Shown: piece by piece, positions 43,101-58,100 of the stretch
How the letters are laid out: each line of letters opens with the position of its first letter
Position numbering within the stretch: position 1 is the stretch's first letter
From: Chrysomallon squamiferum
Lineage: Eukaryota > Animalia > Mollusca
Direction of reading: 5' to 3'
Assembly (NCBI GenBank): GCA_012295275.1
Contig: CM022672.1
Span: 28,396,001-28,460,000 of the forward strand
Length of the DNA: 64,000 bases
Position numbers and translations under genes: made by a program
Notes under the pieces: generated by a model
The model's database searches: none
Told to the model about the DNA's origin: nothing
Seen by the model: only the letters and a program-made list of their open reading frames with translations

Positions 43101-46100
43101 ACATTTACCGGGTAATACTATAATCTAGTGTAACAAAAAGTTTATTCAAAGCCTTCAAAGTCATTTTCGCCATCACTATCGCTTGCCCCAAAAAGTTCAT
43201 TCCACTCTTCAATAACACCAGTGTTAATTGCATCATCATAAAGATCATCGTCACTGTCAAGTGGGTCATCATTCCCAGAATCCTCTCCTGTGGGACTATT
43301 TTCTTGAACGGAATCAGCAAGGGCATTGGGTTTGCGCCATAAATAGTCATCCTCCGTCCCATCTAGTGCATTTGAAATTCCACACTTCAGAAAGGCCTTA
43401 ACAATTATAGCCAGGTCCAACTGCTGCCAGGCGTCACGTACCCACTCACACACTGTAACTAGTGATGGTGCTCTCATATTGCTCCATTTTGTGAATGTCT
43501 TGTCCCCATTTAGCATCCACTGATTCCAAAAATGCCGAACAGTGTCTTTAAACGGCTTATTTATTGAGACATCCAAAGGTTGTAAAATGCTTGTCAGGCC
43601 CCCAGGGATGACTGCCAAATCTGTATTTTCTCGTCTTACAGCTTCTTTTACAGAATCTACCAGGTGTGCTTTGAACATGTCCCATACTAACAAAGACTTT
43701 TCTTTTCGTAATCCACCTGAACGATTGCTCCACACTTGGTTAACCCAGAGCTTGCATCCGGCCTCATCCAACCACCCTTTTGGATGTTCATGTATTAATA
43801 TGCCCTTTGGAAATTTTTCTTTTGGCTTAGTTTTGCGCTTGAAAACTACCATAGGTTTTAACTTTGTTCCATCTGCCATACAGCCTAAAATAACAGTGAA
43901 TTTTGACTTTTCATGGCCTGTCGTTTTAACTAGCACGGTTTTTTCTCCGATCTTGTTAACAGTTCTATTCAATGGCATGTCAAACGTTATTGGTGTTTCA
44001 TCCATGTTGCCAATACATGCCAAAGCATACTTGTTTTTCTCTCTATGACGGATAACAAATCTGTGAAAACTTGTTATTTTATCATCAAGCTCTCTGGGTA
44101 AGCGCTGGGCAATTTTGGTTTTTTGTTTTAAGTCTAAATGATGCCTTTTCATGAACAGTGTGCACCAACCAGGACTGGCTTTAAAATCCGTAATTCCTGC
44201 CTTCTTAGCTAACTTAAGTGCTTGTAAACGGATAGCACCCCTTGTAACTATATAGCTATCTTGTCTACTTGCTTGAACTGACTCAAAAAGTGTCTGTTCT
44301 ATTTCTGGATGTTTTGACTTTTTGCCTCTGTCAGCACACTTCACTTTTGGCATTTCAAGTAATTTAGTACTCATTTTTTCTCCAGTCCCTAACAAGTTTT
44401 TCACTGACTCCATACTCCCATCCAGCAGCAGAATTGTTAGAATTTTCAGCAAATCTAATTACTGCAAGCTTAAATTGTGCAATATATTTATTTCGTTTGC
44501 CTGGCATCATATACAATATTTTAGGGCTATGGCCATAAAATTTTGTAAATCATAGAACGGCTAAATATAACGGTTAGTTAGGTCTCCATGTTAGACCTAT
44601 TACATTAAAGAGATACTATTTATGATACATTTAGGCTATAGCTTGTGTAATACATGCATTTACGTTATTATGGTATGTTCGTGCAAGTTACAGCTCATGC
44701 AAGTTATGTTACAGTAGGCGTACAATGTAGGCCTTCATGGCACTGTCACACTGGTCTAAAAATAGTGACGGTGCCTGGAATCTACAGTCGACTTATACAC
44801 AAGTAATACCTAAAATGACGCAATTTTTGGTCTTAAAATACACATCGACTTATACATAAGGTCACCTTGTACACAAGTATATACGGTAAAACTGCAAACA
44901 GCATTTTGTCATGTTCTATGGTTAGATAGTTTGTGGAAAATCTTGAATAAAACATGTTCCATATGAACTGTAATGTTACTCTTTTTTTTCACAATAAAGT
45001 TTAAGTAATCCAGATACATAACTTAAAGCAAGATAATATTATTATGTTACCAATAATTTATGTGTCTGAGATAAACTGAATGGAATATTTAGTAATTTTT
45101 AACAAACAATGCAAATGGGGCAAAATGTTATTATTTCCAGTCTTGCACCAATACAAGGAACAGATAATATATGAAATAGATAAAAACACATAAAGTAACT
45201 TTTCATTTCTTCCACTCCTCCACATTAAGAAACGAATTATGTTTATATTATTATACTTGTATTAAAAATATTAATATCTATTTCCAGTATGAACACAACC
45301 ACCTAAATTACAGCTTTTAGTTAACAATGTCAAGGTTTGTTGTTGGTTTTATTGGGATAACCTATACAAGTAACTGATGTATTATTTGAGTAGCAATACA
45401 GCAATACTGAACTGCAAAGAATGTTACTCATTGGACAACACTGTTGATGTAGCATGGCACAAAATGTATGAACAGAAAATGGGTTACACACTGCAACAAT
45501 ATTTCACACAATTTGTACACCCCTGATTAAGTAATACATAGGGATAAATTACAAGCAAGGAGACTGAGGTCTTTGCAATTGAAAAAGACAAACCAAGTTA
45601 AATAATACTTCCAGAACTACATAAAGATGATAATATCAACAAAAAGTAAATAAAATAAATAAATATTTAAAAATAATTATAAAGTGTATTAAAAAAAAAT
45701 AAACATTTAATTATTAACAAATAAATTCTCTATTTTTTGTCTACTGAATATACATATACAGTATTCACTTTTATTAAAATTAATAATATTAATGTTTAGC
45801 CTTTACCTTCTTGTTCTGAATAGAATTTCTCAAAAGCTTTTCTTCCAGCAGGTTTTTCCAAGAAGTATTCCATGTACTTCAAGCAATCAAGCAGTATCTT
45901 TTCATCCAGACCACTGTGTTGCATAGAGAAAAAAACTATTTATGGAGCTTAATATTTTTTCAGGCATTATACTATCCATCCACTCATTTAGCAATTTGTA
46001 ACAAAAATTATTTAAAAAATTATTAAACCTATTACATAAACTTTTTAATTTATTAATATAATAATATACATAAGCAGGAAACACTTAAAACAAAGTTTTA

Positions 46101-49100
46101 AATACAGTTTTGATAATTAACAGAAAAGCAAAACAAATTACCTTTCAGAATCTGAGTAGTCAACTAGCAGTTTGTGACAGGATGAAATGACAAACTCATA
46201 CATTCTTAGAGAAAATTCTTCTCCATCAGCAGGTCCTAGGACCTTCTCAAGTGACTCGGATACCTTTAGATAATAATAATTATTGATACAAGTACAACAA
46301 AAATAATTAATTAAATAAACAGCAAACAAAGATATATGAAATTTAATAAATGTTTACAAGATCATTTCAATGGACCTTTTTCCAAATCATTAAAGGGACA
46401 CGTGTTTAATATCACTAAAAATCTTTTATTATTTAACTTTTGATAACTACTTAGTTCTATCATGAGTAAATGTGATATACAATAAAAAATATATATTTGT
46501 GACATCTCTCATTTTATTTCCTTTGTTTATGTTCAGTGATGCAAAATTTATTGAAAAATCTATCGTTTTGAGTACACATCTCTTCTGCCATTGTGAACAT
46601 TTGCTGACATTGTGCATACCAGCAGAAAGCTCTACTTTTTAAAAATATTTGGCTAATTCCGTGAATTATCAGTTAATAAAAGGCTGTATTATCCAAAAAA
46701 TGTCAGCCTAGACAGTGTTGATAAGTGACAATGAATGGTTAAAACATATCACAACTGCAAACCCATGCTTCATTATTTATCACTGTTTATGAAATACAAT
46801 CCAACTGTTCCACCCCTATTTCACAGAAATTTACCCAAATAAACTGTCTTTTTCTTTTGCACAGATCTCAGCATATTTCCAGCAGAATCTTTAAATATTT
46901 TCAGATGTTATTCACAACACTTTTCCCCATGTTATAACAGAGAAATACTGATAATTATAATTTAATTATGATTCAAAAATTTTGATTTGATGTTTACAAT
47001 TTTGTAACGAATTTGAAAATTGTTCAAATAAAATAGAAATAGAAAAACAACACAAGCTCTGTTATAACATGTACATGTATTTTAACTATTTACTGCAAAA
47101 TTTTGGTGAATTTGACCAATCAGCTATAAACATCCAGATTGTGAGATGAAACAGTAAATCAACCCAATTAATTTTTAGATCTCTCTTCTATTATAAAACT
47201 GATATCGTGCTAAATTTCAGCCAAAACTGATTAGAATTTTAAAAGTTCATCACAGCATGTCCCTTTAAGTCAGTTAATATTTATATTAATTCGTTTTAAC
47301 TTTTTGTGTTCCTTTTCCTGTTTAATTATACTAATACTTTTGTAATAATAAATAAATAAATAAATAATTTAACCCAAGAGTTGCTAAATTCAGTTAAAGT
47401 AAAAACTAAAAATATTAAGGTTTTCTCAGACTCTGCACATTTTGTTTGAGTTATTTATAAAAATAAATATTATTATAAACAAAATAAACTATAAAGCTAA
47501 TTAATATATAAAATGTAACAAAGTAAGCATTTCTCTCTGCTGGATATAATAATTTCATGACTTACAATGTCTACCAAGTATTCAGTTGTGACATCATACA
47601 TCAGAGGAAACATGACTCGAACAAACTCACGGCTGTGGCCTCTATCTGTACACCACCTATCACAACACACAAGCAAAAAATTTAATATCTGTCGTGTCAT
47701 TATAATAATTTATAACCCTGTAAATCTGATTCTTAAATGGCAAACAACTGATAATGAATAAGATTAATCAAATCTCTGAGGGTAAATCACATATTTATAT
47801 CTAAAATATATCTAAAAGTAACCAAATAGATTTTTCATCAAAATTTAAAAATATAATATTCTTGTGCTGAACCATTTCTGCTAAATTCTGTCTTCCTGAC
47901 AATCATTTATTGCTCATTATTATTTATTAATTTAACAATATCATGACAATATGAACATTTTAAATTTCAAAATATACTATATAAAACTTACATCACAAGG
48001 TCACTTGTGATTTTTACAAGAGACTGCAGTGCATGTCTCAGTGATGTATTGATGCTGAATGTACTCTGACCTGACAAGGTGACCAAGTGTGCACTGTGTA
48101 TAGCATCCATGTAGTTCTCACATGGTAAAATCTCATTGGAAGTTTTCTATGAAATACATTTCTGTTATTACTGACTGTTATAACATTAAAATATCAGAAA
48201 AGAATGTGTAAATGTATCTCTGTAATTATGAATTAACATATTTATGAAGAAACACAGCTGGTAAACAATTTCAGAGAATATGTTAAAATAACAAATTAAT
48301 TTTCAGGTACTATACATAAATCCTGAGTGAATCAAATGTTAGACATAACACCTGAAAATTTCACCCACATATATATATTTAATGGCAAACCTAGTGACAT
48401 TCATAACATTGAAATGATAAGCAGTTACAAACTATTCATTTATTTTCTCCGATTCACAAACTTGATAGTAATTATTTAAAAACTAAAATATTTAAACACT
48501 CTTTTCTCTCAACCTACCCAAGCTCCAGCTGCTGGAAATTCATGTCCACCATTACTGTTCCATTTCTCCACAGCATTTCTCAGTGGACTTGGCAGGTATT
48601 TCATGATCTTGATGCCGAGAGCAGAAATCTTGGATGACCTGTTTGAGGCAATGCTCATTACTGTTGCATAAGCTTTGAGTCTGTGTGGACTCATACTCTC
48701 ATTGTCAGCCTCAGCTGTTTCACCCAGAACACAAGACCTGAACACATGCAACATTTCAATTAACAACTCCATTTAAAAAAAAAGAACATGAAAGCTCTTA
48801 TATAATGCAATGGAAATATAAAAGAACAATAACTCAGCCAAGTCATTTCAGATTTATTTTCTGTAGATAAATTAAAATTTGGTAATTTGAGCAAGGACTG
48901 CTTGAGAACCTGTTTCTCTTGAGCTGCAAGTCTGGTCCAGGCTAAGCACTTAAACAAGTTTGTAACAATGACCTTTCAATAACTAAATACTGATATGTCA
49001 AAAACTGCTATCTACTTGAAACTCAATTATTTTCCCAGGCCAGAAATCAGCCTATGAAAACTCCAGTGGTCAAGCTATTGTTTCCCTTGGCAAATACAGA

Positions 49101-52100
49101 AAAATGGGTCACTGATTAACAGGAATGAAATATGCCTGCCCTGCTCATGTGTTTTTACTGTCTGGTCTCTTTACATAATATAATTGCGGATAAACTTCAG
49201 TTAATTTTGGTAGTTTCAAAGATCTTTTGTAGTTAAATGATTATGTTGAATGATTTATATTTGTTTGTTAATTGTCATGTTTCTGGCAGAAATAATATTT
49301 ATAACATTAGCTTTGACATGACATGACCACTAATTTTTTGTATAAGTACATGAATTAATTACTAATTAAGTTATAGTGCATTTTAATTTTTTTATTTTTT
49401 TTTAGTTATAGAATGTTTGTGATTAAAAACTGTTTTGTTGAGTAAGTGATTTTAAATATTTGTACTCTACATCTAGCATTACTAACAATTCAATACATTC
49501 CATCACATTTAGAAATAAAAAGTATGTAAACTTGGTGTTTATGTCTGGTTATGTGTATATCTTCAAGAATGTATTACCCATTTTTGCTATTTTATATATC
49601 AATACATACATTTTCATATACATGTGCATATGTATGTGTGCATATTTATGTCAAATTTATTTGCATTGAATCTTTCTTTTTCTTCTTTTATTCTTTACTT
49701 AGTTTATCAAAAATGTAAACGTGTATTTCTTGCAGTATGAAAATATATTTCAGAGAATAAACTTGTTTTATCAATATCAATTTCAATAAATGAATTCTCT
49801 AAACAATTAATTTCATTTGCAAACATTTCACTAACTTTCCTTTATTACAAAGAAATATTATTGACCCACCTGACATACAGACCATAGGCATCAATCAACT
49901 GAAACATCTTAGGAATGAGATCTTCAGCCAGGTCCATTGTGTCTTGAGGATCACTGTCAGCCTGCAATAAAACCTCTTGCTAATACACAAATATACCTAG
50001 TTAAAAGAACATACCTTTTCAGGGTGTGTTTGTGTATATATATTATGATTATAATTATAAAAGATAGCAATTGTTATATTTATTCTGAATTTAATTATGG
50101 AAATATAAGTTAGTACAATCAAGAGTATCTTAAACAGCACTCAAAACAGTCTATCTAAATAAATAGCTGAGCAATAAATGTTTTTTTTTTTTTTTTAACA
50201 ACGGAAATAGATGGATGACTGATAATGAAAACAAACAAACAAAAATTACACACAATTAGTTTTAATTCATCTACCTATGAAATACATCTGAGGCCATAAT
50301 TAAAAGTCAATATGCTGACCAACTGCAGCAACACAAGCCATGCAGTGTTTTCTCAGTGACCTGGTAAATCTGTCAACAGTGTTCTGATGGATAGATTCCA
50401 CTCCAACTACAGGGCACTGACCATCTATGGACAATACATTAGCAAAGTATTGGCCATTCCACAAAAGGATGTTGTTGTATGCTAGATAACATACTGTGCC
50501 ATATGTTGTATGCACTTGGATGTTGCCTTATTGAAAAGTGTGCATATTCCAATGCTGATGAAAAAAAGGAAATATGTGATTTTGCCAGACAATATGAAGT
50601 AATGGCATTCATTCTGCCTTGGGAAACACTGAGTTCTGTTCATTATGATAAATGATCCCACCCTTAAACATGACACTTCTTCCACCACATCAATCTGTCT
50701 GGACAAGGTAATAATTCTGGTAAAATTCTGAACAATCAGAATTCCTTCAGTGGTAGTGGGATTTATCAGAGAATAGCACACCATACCAACATTGTAATAT
50801 CCATTGACAATATTGTCCTACCAAATTTTGGTGCTTGTTTAAAGTTCTCTGTTGACAGCTTTTGGTCACAAATATGAAGAACAATATGATGCTCTTGTCT
50901 TGGTACTGTAAAAGATATTGGCCTGTATGTGGATGGTCCCTGGTGGTTCCTGTCTGGTGGCATGGCATCCAAATTAGCATGAAAAACTCTACTCAAAATC
51001 TTGACTTGAAGCATGCCCAAAGGACATTCACTTTTATTGGCTATCAATCTTGTCATCACTTGTTTAATGTTCCCTCTAAAGATAACTTAAAGACAGAGGC
51101 TGTTCAGAGACCATTTTTTATAGTCTAAACAGTATGATTTTGACACTCATTTATATTTTTTATGTCCTGCATACATATTGTTTTTTTTGTAAATTATATG
51201 TCATCAGCTAATTCTGTAGTTATTCACTGACATCTTTACTGCTGATATATGCCCCTTTCATATTTGTTATAATCAAAAGGGTGTGCAGTTTCAATGCTGT
51301 TCAGAAAAAAAGAAAAATGTTATTTACTGTGACATTGTTAAATGCATCATCAAGTCCCACTTCAATCTTGGCAATGACTGCATCCATTATCAGTATTGAT
51401 GACAGTCCAGGCAGCTCTGATAGTGGCAGAATGTCTTTTTCTTTTGGCAGAGCAGCAATCTGAAAACATTAAATTAATACCAGATTATGATAAAATAAAT
51501 TTTAAAACATAACTGATGGCTATTAAAATTTCTACAACAAATTATTCTATAAACAGGTGCATTAACTCTGTAATACCTGTTCATTGATGAAATTAGTGGC
51601 CAGTGTCACATCAAAGATGATGTTTTTGGTGGCTTTGGCTGCTGATGTGAGCATCAAATCTGTCAGTGATGTTTTGAGTCCTTGCTTCACCAAACAATCC
51701 TGCAAAATAATAAATTTCAAACTGAAACTTTTCAGAATGGCATCAGTCCTAAAACCCAAAATAACTAGCTTTTATTAAAACAATAATAAAAACTAAAGTT
51801 CTGAATTTCCTCATATTACAGATTCACTGGAAAAAAAGACAACACAAAACAAACAAGCTTATAAATAAATGAATAAACTAACTAAATTCTGTATTTCTCA
51901 AAGTTACAGATTTATTGGAATAATTTTTATTTCTTATATAATTTGTAAAATGATTACTGGTATTCATAATGCAATTACCTTTATCCAGCCTGAAAAAACT
52001 TTGTGTCCAAGACGAGGAGCCCATCTCAGCGTGTGAAGTAAATGTCCATTTTCCATTTTTACTGTGCCTTGTTCCAAACTTTTAACATATTGGAATGATG

Positions 52101-55100
52101 GAGGCAAACATGCCAAAAGTCTCCATAATAACAGAAAATGGTAATGCATGGCTGATGCTTCCTGAAATTTAGAAATAATTCATAAAATGAATATCAAACA
52201 ATCCAAAAAAAGAAAAAAAGAAAGTGTTATCTGCAAATAATAAGACAGAAAAAAATTAATTAATTTTAAAAAATAAAGGTTAAAAAAGTTGGATGTATTC
52301 AGTTTTTTCTTCTCTTATTAAGAAATTTGATTTGGTTACATATTACAGTCAACAAATATATATGACCTCCAATAAGTAAATTAAAAAATACTCGATAGTC
52401 ATCGCAGAATAATTTAGTTTTAAACAAATATAAAATATTTATCACCAGCAGAGTTAGCTTTCCTTTGTTCTTGTCACACTGTGAACCTGCCATCAATAGA
52501 CTGATACACACATCATAAAGTTCATCATAATCTAGGGTATCACGGTTTGACAGCAGTATGTTACAAGCCTGGAATGAATACATTACTGATCAACAACCAT
52601 GCTGCCAATATCATATTTAAAATAAAAAGAAACATCAAGCTTTAATTTAAAAAAAATAAAAAAAATAAAAAAATAGAATCATTATGCAACACCAAGCGAC
52701 AAATGAATATTCCAATCTATCTAAACTTTATCAAAAGAAAAAGAAAAACAGCTACAAAAAGAAAAATTATATGAAGAACCCCAAATGATTAATACTCAGT
52801 TATTTTTTTATATAACTTCTGAAATTATTTTAATTTCTTTGAACAAGGTCATAAAATGATCTCTAGGTTACAAAACTTCCAGGTTAAAATAATTTATTAT
52901 CTGTTTTTAAACTGTTAACATAAGCTATAATTAAAGAGTAGTTAAAAATAAATCATTAGGAAAAAAATGTGTTTTTAAAAGAAAACTGAAGGAAATTATT
53001 GAAGCCCTAACCAGTCCATCAATTTTTGGTGCATCCTGGTTGCTGATCTCTCCTGGGCCAAGATTGTAGAATCTAGGTGTGAATGTTCCAACTGAAATTT
53101 AAAAATTTGTTTTCATATTAATAATAAACAAATTTTCTGGTGCTTAAAAATGCCCAATTACAATGCGAACAATTGATTAGAAAGAAAATTAGTGGGATTA
53201 AAACACATACACAAATTTCTTACTTTTTCTTTTTTAAAAAACAAAACAAATGTGCATGTGTTTCTAAAAGCAACAAACCGTCATTAGCTTCTTGTGCTGA
53301 CAGATTTTTTCTAAAGTTGTCTTCTACCTCTCTACATGGAAAGTACTGACTTGCTCTTGACTGAGGGACTGTATCTCTGTCACTGGTTTGAGAAAATGTG
53401 TGAACTGTGAACAAATTCCACTGCACCTAAAATAAAATAAATTTAAATATATTTAAAATGTTTTGTTTGGTTTTGTTCTTTTTCACTGGTTTGAAATTAT
53501 TCCAAAACATTATTTTCAACAACAATAAAACCTACTAACATTAAGAATATTTCTGAGCTTTTAAAAAGAATTTCATAAACTTGGGTAATCATGTTCTTAA
53601 TTACTTATCCATTTTATTAATTTACACAAGATACTCTTACCTGCTCAATAAGTGCAGCTGGAGGGTCATAGAAATAATGCAGCAGATAATCAAAAATAAG
53701 GATCATTCGACTCAGAATAAGTGGTACAGTTGTCTCCAACTTACTGCAATTATAAAAAAATTAAATAAAGAACAAGTAATAAATTGGGTTTTTTAATTAA
53801 TATAATTATCCTTCTAGAAAAATTAGTCATTATCATTCTTCCTACTTATGTTAACAGGCATTCTCTTTTGTTCATGCAATTTTTCTCATTTTACAGATGT
53901 CCTGACATTTTATTCTCTATAAACCCATTTATGCCACTCTATTATAAACTGTACATAATATAACCTTTGAAAAGAAAAACATCATCACAATTTAACAACA
54001 ATGTTTTATCAAAAATATTTCTATAAATGTTTAACATTCCGAAAGATGTTCATTATATGCTAACTTAAAGTTATGCTGAAAGTCTAGTCTTTGAATATAA
54101 AAATAAGGAAAACCTTTGAGGAATCTGTGACACACTCATGATACTCTGTGCCAAGTGAAGTAGAATCGTCTTTTTAGGCATCAGCTGTAAACTATGGAAC
54201 AAAAACAGCAGCAGCTGCATGTGTTCAACATTGACATCTGAAACAATATAATTAATTAAAAGATCATTTTCAAAAGTAAGAAAAGTAGAATTTTTAATAT
54301 AATGACTTAAAGAGTGTTTTTGGAAAAATAACTAACTATAACTATAAATTACATACTAAAACGTTATTTCATTCAAAATAAATTAAATGAGAAATAATAT
54401 CAATAAAGGACCATTATAATATTAAGTTAGCAACATAATGTATCTCCATTCCTGATTTCCATGAAGAATACATTTTTGAAATAACCTGTCACAAATACAG
54501 ACATATACATATTTTGTTAATCAAAAATGAAATAAAACAGTGGCAAAAAAGACGTACCATTTACAATCAATTTACCTTCTGTGAGTTCACCTCTGTTGCT
54601 GGATGATATTTCTGATTTCAGTGTTGTTATGAATCGCATCCATATTCCACTGACTGCAGAATCACTTTGACTTTTCATAGTTTTTGTTTCTCGTTCTTTC
54701 TGCTGTTTCAGCAGAATTATTTCTGCAAGGACAGCCAGGGTGTGAGTGTGGACAGTTAATGGCCAATGGTCAACAGAATTTGGACTGACTCCCAGCTGCA
54801 CCAGTAGGTTATCCTGATAGTTAATAAAAAATATTTAAAAAATTAAACTGTACATTAAGGTACTTTCACTTACGGTATTAGGTAATCAAATACAGAAGAT
54901 GAAACTTGTTAATAGTATGTTTAAGAGCCATGGCATGTCTTGAAAGAAAAACACTAGCCACTGAAAAAAAATGAATCACATGACCAATGTTTCTCAGCAA
55001 TCAATCATGAAATTAAAATTCCTTAAGTATAAACATCCAACAACTTAAACCTTTTTCACATTTGGACCAGTCAAATGAAGACAATAATACACTCTTGTTA

Positions 55101-58100
55101 AACATAATAAAATTAATTTAGAAATGTAATTCTTAAAATATATCACCTGCAAACTCTCTGACAAACATTCTGATGCTATCAAACTGTGGTTCAGTCTTGC
55201 AAGAGCTACAGATACATCTTCAAAATATTTTTCTGAAATTACATTGAAATAAAAACATATAAAATAACATAAATTATTGTAACATCATAAATATCATGAT
55301 TAAATAATACTGAAAATTGAAAATGATATTATATTATATTTACATTCTATAAAAATTACAATAAAAAGACAATTTTACTTACACACATTCATAATATAAG
55401 CAACTAATATGTCATTTAAAAACAATTATTCTGATCATAATAATTATTCACAATAATTTTAAATGGATCCTGTAATTGATTTAAAATCAGAAAGCTACCT
55501 GGTTGATCCAAGAATGTCTTCTTTTTTTACATTACAAGCATGAGTCTAGCTCATACACATTTTTAGAATTAGAAAATACCACAAAAATCACCACAATTAA
55601 TTGCAGATGTTAAGTTAGTTCAATAAAAACAGTTTTCATAATAGCATGTTGAGATGATTTTTGGTTTGTGAATTATCATAAAGAATCTGCTGTATGTAAC
55701 CATCTTTGCAGCAAATTTCCAATGAAATCTTTTGAAATTTTCAGATGTTCTTCATAACACTATGTTATAACAGAGCAATACTGATTAAAAAAAGAAGCAA
55801 AGATAAAGTTTATGATACAAAAATGTTCATTTGTTTACAATTTTGTAGGAATGAAATTTAAAAACTGTCAAAAAAAAAAAGAAAACTGGAAAACAACTAA
55901 ATCCTTTGTTATAACATACACATACATTTTAACTATTTACATGCAAAATTTGATTGCATTTGACTTATCAGTTACGAAGATCCGGATTTTGAGCTGAAAC
56001 AGTGAAATCAACCAGTCAGACAACTTAAGAGGGTTTTTTTTATGAGTTTTTTTTTAAATTATTATTATTAATATTTTTGTCTAATGTATATCTAACAATT
56101 TGTTAAAATTTCAGCCAGGTCTGAAAAGAATTTAAAAAAAACAAACAGATCTCACCACTGTAAGTCACCTTAGATCATAATAAGCTTCTAAATTACACCC
56201 TACCAAATTAATTAAATACTAAAAAAGATTTTATATATATATATATATTATTAAAAAGAAAACAAAGAGTAAAGATTTTTTTCTCTTTTTGTTAATGTTT
56301 TGCAGTTGTTGGCAGACAATAAAGTGTATTATTCACTGAAAATATTTGATGATAAAAAGCCAGGCACAGTAAGATGCCATGATTCTTCATGCTTACTTGT
56401 GATGTTCTTACCACTTCCAGCTCTGGCACATTCTTTATCCAGCTCTTTAATCAGAATAGCCATCTGGCTGACATGTTCTTCAGTCAAACACTTCCTGTAA
56501 TAAATCACATTCACAATAGATGAAAAAAAAGGAACATTCAATTTTATTTATATTTTATTTTTTAATAATAAAAAAAAAAATTGAATTAAATTTAAGTATT
56601 AGTACTTACTTCATCACTCTTTGAATCTCATCATCTGTTGAACAGACGAAGTATTTGTTGATGAAATTTAGCACACTGCTTGCCAAAGCTGCAAACTGTT
56701 CGGTTGAACATACCAAAGAAAGAAAATGTATATTCTATGTAAAAAGTTTATCATAATAGGAAAATAAACAGCTGCATCTAACATGAGAATTTTTTTTTTT
56801 TTAAAATGATCTAATATAAAGTATTAAAGTACATTAAAAAATTATCTTAAAGATCATGAACTGTTTTATACACAGCATATAGAAATTAAATTTATGGGCT
56901 TTACTGATATCCATAAAGTTGACTTTACATTACTTTGTTATATTATAACTATGTTTGTTTTTGTTGTTTATAATTATTTTTTTCTTCCCTCCCCCCCATT
57001 TAGCAAAGGAAGTAATACCACACATAATTAGTACTTACACCATCAGGTTCTCTCTTATCAGGAATGAAATGGGGTGTGTCTCCACTGCTATGGTGCCTAC
57101 TTCTCTTGGTGTCAGTAGCAGTTCCATCACCTCTTGTGGAGTGAGGGGTAGTAACCGTAGTGTCTACTGAATCAACTGGTGACAGGGTTTCCTCAAACCA
57201 GTGTCCAAGAATAGGTTCAGAATCCTCCTCTACAGAGGAAATTAAATATACATTGCTTTTTAACGTCTTTCTCAAGAGAATTTGCTATTTATATTATTTT
57301 AACTACTTGGATTTTCTCTAATGGAAATATTTTAGTCACAGATTGATTATTTATTTAATTAATAGTTCAGTTCAGTTCAGTTTATAATATTAATAAGTAA
57401 CAATGCCTTTTGTGTAATAACTAAAAAGACAAAATCAGGTTTTTTTACAATCACGTGGATTAAAAATAAATTGTTAATACAATTCTCTGTCTTTGCTCAT
57501 AATTGTATTCTGTCTGAATTATTGCATAAATTATTATAAACTATTTTCATTAAATGTTTACCATCTTCATCACTGCTGTTGTCTGAACTGCTGAAGTCAT
57601 CCTCATAGAAAGTGTTGGAATCAGAAGTACTGCTGCTGCTTGTTTCTGACGTTTCAGAGCCTTGTTTTAGTCTTCTAAGCAAAACAGCCTACAAAGAAAA
57701 TACATCATTATGTTAATAGAAACCAATATATTGTTAACGGAAACTGAACTGGCAAAACTAATTTACACACCTCTAATATATTGAGAATATCTTCTTATTA
57801 TTCTGACTTGAAAGCATGTCACATACAATTCACTAAAATTCAAATAGGCTTGTGGTCAGAAAATCTGAATGTTTTTTCTACATACCCATAAGGTGCTGTT
57901 AGTGACTGATTTTTTAAAACAAAACCCATGCCAAACTACTGGACATCTCTATCAAGTAAATTATAAATAAATTACTGTGTGCACAAGCAACATAATAAAT
58001 GATGAAATAACTTTAGTAAATAATTTAATGAGCTCTGAGATTAAGCTCTATACATGTTGATATATCTGTGCATTTAAAAAGCTTAACCTAGAGTAAGGGT

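Noticed and set aside
43542-44048. 168-aa plus-strand ORF
   Set aside because: Antisense shadow of the transposase ORF; no recognisable motifs.
43142-44510. Domesticated pogo gene (POGK/TIGD-like) nested in UBR4
   Set aside because: Intact TIRs and TA TSDs plus a frameshift indicate a transposon copy, not a host gene.
52446-52470. Non-canonical GA donor (AAAG|gaaagc)
   Set aside because: A canonical phase-0 GT donor 17 nt further on gives the phase required by the next exon.
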